Source: Treponema sp.
GTDB lineage: Bacteria; Spirochaetota; Spirochaetia; Treponematales; Breznakiellaceae
Direction of reading: 5' to 3'
Length of the DNA stretch: 51,302 nucleotides
NCBI GenBank assembly: GCA_031268125.1
Contig: JAIRXT010000206.1
Coordinates: 1 to 51,302 of the forward strand
Shown here: piece after piece, positions 44,594 to 51,302 of the stretch
How the letters are laid out: the number at the start of each line of letters is the position of its first letter
Numbering within the stretch: the first letter of the stretch is position 1
Notes under the pieces: generated by a model
Database searches by the model: none
The model's input: only the letters and a program-made list of their open reading frames with translations
What the model was told of the DNA's origin: nothing
Position numbers and translations under genes: made by a program

Positions 44594-45292
44594 TTATTCC
44601 TGATGTTCATAGCCCTGCAACTCCTTAAGGTCTATCTCGTTTTTCTTTAACTCTTTCCATTCCGCCCTGGTCTTTTCGATCCGGGCGTCCAGTTCCGCTG
44701 TCCGTTTCCGCAAAGAACGGCATTTTCCCGCCGCTTCCGAAAAAATCGGAAGGATTTCGCCATGATCCGCCTTCCCCGGGGCCGGAAATTTCGCCAGAAC
44801 TCCATCCATCTCATCAAGGCCCCGGACAAAATCACGAAGGTAGTTCCCGATATCCCCGTTCAAAGTTTCCGCCAGGCTCAAGCGTTTTTCCCGCGCCGCA
44901 ATCTGGGCAAAGAGTTCCCGGTTCCGCAGAACAACTTGAATACGGGCCAGGACCTCGGAAAAGTTGAAGGGCTTGGTGATGTAATCCTCAATCCCCAATT
45001 CATAACCTTCCAGCTTATCCTTTACGTCGTCCAGGGCGGAGATCATAACAACCGGAATATCATGGAATTTAGGGTCCTTTTTGAGGGTCTTCGTAAGCTC
45101 CCAGCCGGACATGCGGGGCATAATGTTGTCCAAAAGGATAAGATCGGGCACAAAACGCTTGACCTTTTCCAGGGCATCTATGCCGTCGTTTGCCTTTTCA
45201 ACAATAAAGCCAAGTTTGGAGAGCATGACTTCGAAGAACTCAAGATTAAGCTGTTCATCATCGGCAATGAGTATCTTCTTTCGGGTATTCAT
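44594..45292 (-). CDS. Response regulator: receiver domain plus ~110-aa coiled-coil C-terminus, no recognisable output domain
   Basis: ILIADDE, DLILLDNIMPRMSG (phospho-acceptor Asp), VVMISAL and YITKPF. ATG at 45292 with an AAGGAAGGGG Shine-Dalgarno. Confidence 0.85.
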   Translation of the reverse strand: MNTRKKILIADDEQLNLEFFEVMLSKLGFIVEKANDGIDALEKVKRFVPDLILLDNIMPRMSGWELTKTLKKDPKFHDIPVVMISALDDVKDKLEGYELGIEDYITKPFNFSEVLARIQVVLRNRELFAQIAAREKRLSLAETLNGDIGNYLRDFVRGLDEMDGVLAKFPAPGKADHGEILPIFSEAAGKCRSLRKRTAELDARIEKTRAEWKELKKNEIDLKELQGYEHQE

Positions 45293-45324
45293 GAACCCCT
45301 TCCTTGTTACCACTCGCAGCGGGA

Positions 45325-46962
45325 TCATTTTTTAATGCCACTCAATATACGGGATATTGCGCCAAAAATCAACAGGGCCGCCGACAAAACTACAAAAAAT
45401 ATGCCCAGATAATCCCCAAACCGCATATAGGGGGTTTCCCCGGCAAGCACCGGAACCTCAACGGTAATCCAGTTCTCCGCAAAGGGGGGCGCCAGGGCAA
45501 TAACACGGCCGTTGGGGTTTATACCGCAGGTCTGGCCGGAGGCCGTGGAACGGACCATAGAACGGCGGTTCTCCACCGCCCGAAAAACCGCCATAGATAA
45601 ATGCTGATTCTGGGCGGGGAGGCTGTGGGACCAGGCGTCGTTGGTAAGATTCACGATAAGTTCCGCCCCGTTCTGCACGAATTTCCGGCTTAAATAGCCG
45701 AAGGTATCTTCAAAACAAATGGGGGTGGAAAATTTCAGGGTTCCGGGGCCGCCCGCACGGGAAACGGGGACGGAAAAAACAGCGGCCTCCTTCCCCTTCT
45801 CCCAAAGATGGGTGTCCGCGTTGATCAGAAGCTCGTAGACCCAGGGAAGCTGCCGCTGGTAGGGGAAGTACTCCGTAAAGGGTACCAGGTGAAGCTTACG
45901 GTACAGGTTACTGATCTCCCCCCCCTCAAAAAGCAGAACCGCATTGTAGTCCACCCGCTCCCAGCCCCCCCGGCCGTTTCCTTCAAGACGGGCGTCGTCA
46001 TTTCCCAGGACGAAGGGAACATCCTGCCGGGAAAGATAGGCAAGGAGTTCCCGGACCAGATCCCAGGATTCAGGATCATCCCGGTAGGTACTGTGCCAGT
46101 AAATCCGGGGAACAAAGGCGGTCTCCGACCAGACCACCATGTCGGGCTTTGGATCGGCCCGCAGGGCCTCATCGGAAAGGCGGCTAAGGACCCGGAAATT
46201 CTGCCGGTATTCGTCCATATCCCCCCGCCAGGGATCGGTGTTGTGCTGGATGAGGGCGATCCGGGCGAGGGGCGCATCGTCATAGCCCCCCAGGGAAACG
46301 AACCCGTACCCAAGGGCAAGAACCGCGCCGGCAAGCCAAACAACGGCGCTGACGCGTTCCCGGCGAAAAAAACCGGCAACGGCCCCCGGTACCGCCCCCA
46401 AACTGCCGGCCCCTTTCAACGCCGCGCCCAGCCAGGCGGAGGGGAACGTCACCAGGGCGGATACCGCCCAAACCCCCGCCAGGCCGGCTATCTGGATGAC
46501 GGGAATAAGTTCCCACTGGGAATAGCCGGAAATTCCATAGGGATAGCCCAGAAAACCCAGAGTCCGCAGATATTCATAGGCCAGCCAGATGCACCACTGG
46601 ACCAGGTAAAAACGGCGGCGGAAGAGAAGCCCCGCCAGTTTGAGAAAGAAAAAGGTAATTCCCAGGTACACCATATAGACGGAATTGATAATGAGCCCCG
46701 CCAGAGGATGAAAGGCGCCCATCCAGTAATTAAAAAGACTGTAGGCCCCGTAACCGTAGAGAACGCCCCAGAGAATCGAGCCGGGAAGGCTTACGCGGTT
46801 AATCAGCAGAAAAACCGGAACCCAGGCAATCCACGCCGCAAGGGGAAGGCCCTTTTCCACCAGCAGGTTGGGGAAGGAAAGGGTAAAAAGAACCGTCCCC
46901 AGGACCGCAAGGGCCAAATTGATGCAGAATTGCCTTGTCCGTGAATTTTCAATCAGATTCAT
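45325..46962 (-). CDS. lnt: Apolipoprotein N-acyltransferase
   Basis: Multi-TM N-terminus plus a CN-hydrolase domain with VVWSETA (Glu), KLHLVPFTEYFP (Lys) and STPICFEDTF (Cys). Confidence 0.9.
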   Translation of the reverse strand: MNLIENSRTRQFCINLALAVLGTVLFTLSFPNLLVEKGLPLAAWIAWVPVFLLINRVSLPGSILWGVLYGYGAYSLFNYWMGAFHPLAGLIINSVYMVYLGITFFFLKLAGLLFRRRFYLVQWCIWLAYEYLRTLGFLGYPYGISGYSQWELIPVIQIAGLAGVWAVSALVTFPSAWLGAALKGAGSLGAVPGAVAGFFRRERVSAVVWLAGAVLALGYGFVSLGGYDDAPLARIALIQHNTDPWRGDMDEYRQNFRVLSRLSDEALRADPKPDMVVWSETAFVPRIYWHSTYRDDPESWDLVRELLAYLSRQDVPFVLGNDDARLEGNGRGGWERVDYNAVLLFEGGEISNLYRKLHLVPFTEYFPYQRQLPWVYELLINADTHLWEKGKEAAVFSVPVSRAGGPGTLKFSTPICFEDTFGYLSRKFVQNGAELIVNLTNDAWSHSLPAQNQHLSMAVFRAVENRRSMVRSTASGQTCGINPNGRVIALAPPFAENWITVEVPVLAGETPYMRFGDYLGIFFVVLSAALLIFGAISRILSGIKK

Positions 46963-47305
46963 GATTTTCTTTGTGGTTATCCGCCGCGGCCTGGATACCG
47001 GCGGCCCCGGCCATGTTCCAAACGGCCTGTTTCAATTCCTGGCCCGGCCTGAAGACCGCTATACCGTGGGAAGTAACCGTTACCTCCTCCCCGGTCCGCG
47101 GGTTCCGGGCCCCGGTCCGGCCCTTGCGGCATCTGACCTCGAAAGTGCCGAAGCCCCTCAGTTCAATAACCGAATTCTGTATCAGCGCTTCTTTTATTTC
47201 GTCAATAAACAGATCAACAACCGCCTGAACATCTTTCCGGCTTATTTCGGTTTTTTTTATCAGAGAGTCGACAATAACCGCTTTGGTATACTTTCCAACC
47301 GCCAT
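46949..47305 (-). CDS. hup: HU/IHF-family DNA-binding protein with acidic/polar C-terminal tail
   Basis: VIELRGFGTFEVRCRKGRTGARNPRTGEEVTV is the DNA-binding arm. ATG at 47305 (a GTG at 47308 is also possible). Overlaps the lnt start by 14 nt. Confidence 0.88.
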   Translation of the reverse strand: MAVGKYTKAVIVDSLIKKTEISRKDVQAVVDLFIDEIKEALIQNSVIELRGFGTFEVRCRKGRTGARNPRTGEEVTVTSHGIAVFRPGQELKQAVWNMAGAAGIQAAADNHKENHESD

Positions 47306-47345
47306 CACGTTCCACCATGCCGCATGCGCAGTCCGGGAATCGTTT

Positions 47346-47381
47346 CAAAAGGGGCTGCCGTCCGCATTACCGGCAGACCCC
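47346..47381 (-). terminator. Rho-independent terminator of rpsT
   Basis: On the minus strand: GGGGTCTGCCG gtaatgcgga CGGCAGCCCC TTTT, starting 3 nt after the rpsT stop. Confidence 0.75.
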
Positions 47382-47383
47382 AA

Positions 47384-47659
47384 TCACTGGGCGGTTTTTA
47401 TTGAATTAAAAAACCGCTGCATCCGGGACTTTTTCCGGGAAGCGGTATTCTTTTTGATAATCCCCTTTCCCGCGGCAGTATCGATCTTCTTGATCATATC
47501 CTTAAGCGCCGCCTCTGCCTCTGCCACATCTTTTTTCCGGGCCAGCGTCATAAACTTTTTGGCGCTGGTTCTTACCGCGCTTTTTGCCGATTTATTCCGA
47601 AGCCGGCGCTCCTCACTCTGACGGTGACGCTTTTCAGCGGAACTGCTCTTAACTGCCAA
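47384..47659 (-). CDS. rpsT: 30S ribosomal protein S20
   Basis: MAVKSSSAEKRHRQSEERRLRNKS. The TTG at 47659 is preceded by GGAGGG at optimal spacing. The longest ORF's GTG (47674) lies inside that Shine-Dalgarno. Confidence 0.9.
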   Translation of the reverse strand: MAVKSSSAEKRHRQSEERRLRNKSAKSAVRTSAKKFMTLARKKDVAEAEAALKDMIKKIDTAAGKGIIKKNTASRKKSRMQRFFNSIKTAQ

Positions 47660-47809
47660 AAGAGAACCCTCCACATACGGTGAACGCCTTTACGTGTTCG
47701 CCGGAATTGTATTGACCATCCTGCTCAGGAACCCTGCCGCCGGTGTATCAACAGATTGCTAGAATCCAAAACCACTTTTTCAAAACAGAAACTTTACAAG
47801 AGTCCCTGT

Positions 47810-47983
47810 TTATTTGAAATCCGAGGGACGGCGCTCAAGACGCTTACACTTCTCGCATTCGGCAACATTCTTAACCTTGCCGTTTTCAAAAAGGGTTTTC
47901 ATCTTGACTTCGCCCCCGCAGGAATTACAGAAAAATTTCTGCGTGGCGCTGGATGTACGCGAGTTTTTACTGGCCTGGGCCAT
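47810..47983 (-). CDS. Small zinc-ribbon protein (57 aa), not in ORF track
   Basis: AAGGAGATAAGCAG-ATG. Reads MAQASKNSRTSSATQKFFCNSCGGEVKMKTLFENGKVKNVAECEKCKRLERRPSDFK, with CxxC...CxxC. Confidence 0.6.
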   Translation of the reverse strand: MAQASKNSRTSSATQKFFCNSCGGEVKMKTLFENGKVKNVAECEKCKRLERRPSDFK

Positions 47984-48067
47984 CTGCTTATCTCCTTGCC
48001 ATTCGGCATTCAGTATGATGTTAAGATACTATGAAAAACCGCGCCGTGTCAACCTGCCGGCAGGCCG

Positions 48068-49213
48068 TTAGGGATTTTCGGCGGCGGCCTCCAAAGAAGG
48101 CTGTTGAAGCTGGGCCAGGGCCCTGCCGCGCCACTGCCCTTCCCGGCCGCCCAGGAATGTCCAGAGGGTCCGGGCGGAAGTTTCCCTGCCGGAGCCGTAG
48201 AGGGAACTTCCCAGGTAATAGGCGCTGCGATAGTACTCTACCCGGTCGATGAAGTTCACAAGAGTGTCCCCCCGCGGCAGGGAACTCAACAGGTTTTCCA
48301 GGGATTCAAAGACGAAGTCGTAACGGCTCCGCTGTACTTCCTCGATAAGTATGGAATTTTGGATAAGAAAAGCGAACATCAGATGTTCTACCGCCCGGTT
48401 GTAACGGCTGGACGCGTAATAATAAAAGCCCAGGAGACGGTGGGCCCTTTCCACGGGGCCGTTGTTGTAACGGTACATGACAAGAAAACGTTCCGGCCCT
48501 GAGTTTTCCAGAGTCCGGGCCATGGAATTCCTGACAAAACTCCCGGAATCCGCCGCATCCCCCTGCCACAGTGAATCCCATGCTTCGCCCCGAATGTTGT
48601 TTCCCTCTACAATCTTCAAAAGGGTCTCTTCCATCCGGTTAAATTCCTGGCGAAACCGGTATACGTCCGCCACCTTGTACAAAAGCTCAAGTTCAAAATT
48701 CGGATCCTCCGGCCGGGCGCTCTGGGCCAGGGCCTTATGGTACTGCCCCAGGGCCAGGTCCAGTTCCCCTTCTACCCGGTAGATCTCCCCTATCCAGTAT
48801 TCCGCCTCCGGGTAATCTTTGAATTTTCCCAGTTCTTCCAGGGCCAGGAGGGCGGAATCCCGCAGGCTTTCCCGGGGCACACGGTAGTACAATTCCCCCA
48901 GGGCCTTCTCTACATCCGCATGACCCCGTTCCGTGATATAAGATTCAAGGGTAGTAAGGGAATCACCTATGCCCCGGACTTCGGGGATAGACAAAAAGTT
49001 GATGAAGTCCCGTTCCATGCCGGCATAGCTGTTGTAGCGCTGCCGGCGGGCATCTTCAAAGGCCAGAAGGGCGCTGCCGTAGTCTCCCTGACGGAACAGG
49101 AATTTCCCCTGTTCCAGGACATACCACCACGGCCGCGCCTCCTGGGCGGAAGCAGCGGTCAGGAGCAGAAAGAGGATGAACAGGAAACAGCTTTTTTTCA
49201 GCGGCCCGGACAC
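48068..49213 (-). CDS. Secreted helical-repeat (TPR-like) hypothetical protein
   Basis: Signal peptide MSGPLKKSCFLFILFLLLTAASAQE. Helical repeat-like segments (GDYGSALLAFEDARR, AEYWIGEIYRVEGELDLALGQYHKAL). Confidence 0.6.
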   Translation of the reverse strand: MSGPLKKSCFLFILFLLLTAASAQEARPWWYVLEQGKFLFRQGDYGSALLAFEDARRQRYNSYAGMERDFINFLSIPEVRGIGDSLTTLESYITERGHADVEKALGELYYRVPRESLRDSALLALEELGKFKDYPEAEYWIGEIYRVEGELDLALGQYHKALAQSARPEDPNFELELLYKVADVYRFRQEFNRMEETLLKIVEGNNIRGEAWDSLWQGDAADSGSFVRNSMARTLENSGPERFLVMYRYNNGPVERAHRLLGFYYYASSRYNRAVEHLMFAFLIQNSILIEEVQRSRYDFVFESLENLLSSLPRGDTLVNFIDRVEYYRSAYYLGSSLYGSGRETSARTLWTFLGGREGQWRGRALAQLQQPSLEAAAENP

Positions 49214-49231
49214 CTTTCTGCTCCCAAACCC

Positions 49232-49732
49232 CTAGAGCCAGACCCGCAGTCCCAACTCACCCGCCCCGGCCCAATAAAAGCCAACGGGCGAGGTAAATCC
49301 AATGCCGATACCGGGGACCACATCCGCAAACAGTTCAAAGGTCTTGTTGATGTGCCAGGACAGGCCGACCGGCAGCCGGACACCCAGGGCAAAGGCAAAA
49401 TTACTTCCAAAGGCAAAGTGGCCGAAACCGCCCAGACCCAGGAACCAGTCCAGATTAAAAGAACCGTCCTTGACCAGATCCTGATCGATAAAGTAATAGT
49501 CCCCCGAAACATCCAGGCCCAGTACACCGCCGCCAATGCCGATATTCACGCCCCAAAAAAGCGGCATACCGGGGATTTTTAAGGAAACGCCGGGATTAAA
49601 TACGCCGCCGGCCGCACTGCCAAAGCCGCCGCCAAGATACAGGCCCAATCCAACCTGACTGCCGGAATGATCGGCAAAGACAGGAACCGCCAGGAAGCCC
49701 ACGATACAGAGTACCACGAGTTTTTTCTTCAT
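49232..49732 (-). CDS. Small outer-membrane beta-barrel protein candidate
   Basis: Signal peptide MKKKLVVLCIVGFLAVPVFA. Gly-rich with alternating hydrophobic/aromatic strands. C-terminal ...GAGELGLRVWL resembles an OMP beta-signal. Confidence 0.5.
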   Translation of the reverse strand: MKKKLVVLCIVGFLAVPVFADHSGSQVGLGLYLGGGFGSAAGGVFNPGVSLKIPGMPLFWGVNIGIGGGVLGLDVSGDYYFIDQDLVKDGSFNLDWFLGLGGFGHFAFGSNFAFALGVRLPVGLSWHINKTFELFADVVPGIGIGFTSPVGFYWAGAGELGLRVWL

Positions 49733-49816
49733 TGTTTATAACTCCTCAACTAGAAAATTTTGAGCCCGGACGGCCAAGACCGTCCTGCGACTCTGAATTC
49801 AATCTTACGATACCCT

Positions 49817-50941
49817 TTACCATTTTTCCAGCTCTTCAGAAAACGCGGCCTCCGCGTCTTCCGCCCGGACGGTCCGGATAACGGCGCCGCGGCGGAATAT
49901 CAGTACCTTGTCCCCGGCCCCGGTAATTCCCAGGTCCGCGTCCCGGGCCTCCCCGGGACCGTTTACCGCGCAGCCCATGACAGCTACCGTTCCGTTCCTG
50001 GGCAGGCTGTAGAGCCGGGGCAGCCATTTTTCGGTAAACCCGTGGGTGTCGAAGCTGTTCCTGCCGCAGCGGGGGCAGGACACGATCCGTATTCCGGGCG
50101 GCGGCTCCCCGTCCTGAATATCGGAAAGGGCCCCCAGGATTTCCCGGGCGGCGATAATCTCGTTTTCCACGGTATCCGACAGGGATACCCGGATGGTGTC
50201 GCCGATACCATCAGCCAAAAGGCTTACCAGGGCGGCGGCGCTGCGGACGGCCCCCGCTACCAGGGGCCCCGCCTCGGTTACTCCCATGTGGAGGGGAACC
50301 GTTCCCTCCCCCAGGGAATAACCTTTTTCCGCAAACAGGCGGTTCGCCTTTATAGTATCGGCTATCCCGGAAGCCTTCATGGAAACAATGCCGTTGGAGA
50401 ATCCGAATTCCCGGAAGATTTCCAGTTCCCGGACCGCCGCCTCCACCAGGGCGGAATGCCGGTCCAGCTTCCCCTGATCCAGGGCCTGCCGCAGGTCCTG
50501 GGGCAGGCTCCCCGCGTTAACCCCGATGCGGATAGGCCGGCCTTTTGCCTGTGCCTTGTCCAGCACCGCCGCCACCTTGTCGCGGCCGCCGATATTGCCG
50601 GGATTAATACGAATCTTCGCAATGGGGAAATCAAGACAGCGGAGAGCAATCCGGTAATCAAAATGGATATCCGCCACCAGGGGAAGGCTGACCCGGGAGG
50701 CCAGTTCCCCCAGAACCCCGGCGGCTTCCAGGTCCGGCACCGCAAAGCGGAGAAGGCCGCAACCCATAGCCCTGAGACGGTCTATCCGCTCCAGGAGCCT
50801 TTCCCCCGCCGGGCCTTCCAAACCGGCGGAAGAAAGCCGGTCCTTCCACATGGTCTGGATGAGTACCGGGCGGCCGCCGCCGATATAAGCGGCCTGAACA
50901 TGGTCAAAGCCGCCGATTTTTACAACGCTTTTCTGCTTCAA
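49817..50941 (-). CDS. ispG: 4-hydroxy-3-methylbut-2-en-1-yl diphosphate synthase IspG (GcpE)
   Basis: KIRINPGNIGG, IVSCPRCGRN and VMGCAVNGPGEARDADLGI (Fe-S Cys ligands). TTG start. Confidence 0.93.
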   Translation of the reverse strand: MKQKSVVKIGGFDHVQAAYIGGGRPVLIQTMWKDRLSSAGLEGPAGERLLERIDRLRAMGCGLLRFAVPDLEAAGVLGELASRVSLPLVADIHFDYRIALRCLDFPIAKIRINPGNIGGRDKVAAVLDKAQAKGRPIRIGVNAGSLPQDLRQALDQGKLDRHSALVEAAVRELEIFREFGFSNGIVSMKASGIADTIKANRLFAEKGYSLGEGTVPLHMGVTEAGPLVAGAVRSAAALVSLLADGIGDTIRVSLSDTVENEIIAAREILGALSDIQDGEPPPGIRIVSCPRCGRNSFDTHGFTEKWLPRLYSLPRNGTVAVMGCAVNGPGEARDADLGITGAGDKVLIFRRGAVIRTVRAEDAEAAFSEELEKW

Positions 50942-50948
50942 AAAATAA

Positions 50949-51302
50949 TTACAGGCCCAGGCTGATCATGGAAAGCACCATCGCAAAAATAGCAACGGTT
51001 TCGCAGATACCCACGATCATCATATAGTTGACAAAACCCTTGCCGGTTTCAGCGGTAGCGTCCGCGCCGGCGGCGCCCGCTTTGCCCTGGGCAACGGCGG
51101 AAAAGGCTATGGCAAGCCCGGAGGCGATACCGATACCCAGGAAGAGGGAGCCCCGCTGAGGATCGTTAACCACCTCAAGGGCCGCGGGTTTCATAAAGAG
51201 AAAGCCCAAAATATAACCGTAAAAGGTCTGGGTTAAGGGCGCCCCGCCGAAGGCAAGAAGGGTCATAGGCGCGGGCTTATTGGCGATATAACATTTTTTC
51301 CA
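50949..51302 (-). CDS. ntpK: V/A-type ATP synthase proteolipid subunit K, 5'-partial (open to the window edge)
   Basis: PLTQTFYGYILGFL and VGICETVAIFAMVLSMI (ion-binding Glu in the last TM). The frame has no stop between 51266 and 51302, so the N-terminal hairpin lies outside the window. Confidence 0.7.
   Translation of the reverse strand, partial: WKKCYIANKPAPMTLLAFGGAPLTQTFYGYILGFLFMKPAALEVVNDPQRGSLFLGIGIASGLAIAFSAVAQGKAGAAGADATAETGKGFVNYMMIVGICETVAIFAMVLSMISLGL

Noticed and set aside
45808-46944. Long antisense ORFs: 45808-46944 (opposite lnt), 49760-50965 (ispG), 8756-9715 (binding protein), 19270-20448 (hslU), 22016-23002 (topA), 16657-17409 (fliF), 17576-18376 (fliE/flgC), 48737-49582.
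   Set aside because: Each lies opposite a gene with strong conserved motifs, and each has skewed P/G/R-rich composition. There is no independent evidence such as a Shine-Dalgarno or known domains.
1-51302. Scan for CRISPR arrays, tRNA or rRNA genes, and tandem repeats.
   Set aside because: By eye I found no regularly spaced direct repeats with unique spacers, no tRNA T-loop or acceptor patterns, and no rRNA-like segments. All gaps of 100 bp or more were inspected individually.

Overview
This is a GC-rich chromosomal window of spirochaete (Treponema-like) type. That assignment is an inference from FlaA sheath-protein paralogues, long Rho and HslU variants, and gene order. All similarity calls come from reading the translations and recalling family motifs; no database search was run.

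Layout:
- 1-9.5 kb, decayed accessory region: a 5'-truncated reverse-transcriptase relic at the left edge; a LacI regulator plus ChvE/GguAB-type sugar ABC importer; a truncated FGGY-kinase stub; an IS66 TnpB relic; and a peptide/nickel-type ABC operon with no ATPase genes.
- 9.5-11.7 kb: two-subunit class I fumarate hydratase and a lone XRE regulator preceded by an iteron-like GTTACCG array.
- 11.7-35.7 kb: one co-directional minus-strand block, mraZ-rsmH-ftsL-murF-mraY-ftsW-ftsQ-ftsA-ftsZ, xerD, a TPR protein, dprA, topA, xerC, hslVU, then flgB-flgC-fliE-fliF-fliG-fliH-fliI-fliJ.
- 35.9-37.0 kb: a self-contained plus-strand two-gene cassette, a small acidic protein plus a basic PD-(D/E)xK/CoiA-like nuclease with a wHTH-like tail.
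- 37-51.3 kb: two FlaA paralogues, a membrane protein, stand-alone rlmK, a repeat-rich 530-bp gap, rpmE, rho, pncC, bactofilin, response regulator, lnt, HU, rpsT, an untracked 57-aa zinc-ribbon ORF, a secreted helical-repeat protein, a small beta-barrel OMP candidate, ispG, and a partial V-ATPase K subunit.

I saw no rRNA, tRNA or CRISPR.

Most interesting observations:
- the nuclease cassette;
- two short dispersed repeat families, a 28-31-bp TTCCAAAAC/GTTTTGGAA palindrome (3 copies) and a ~45-85-bp hairpin element (2 copies);
- the XRE operator array;
- a perfect 16-bp inverted repeat rich in GAATTC;
- the mobile-element scars that appear to have disabled neighbouring operons.

None of these is demonstrated as a new system; all are hypotheses to test.
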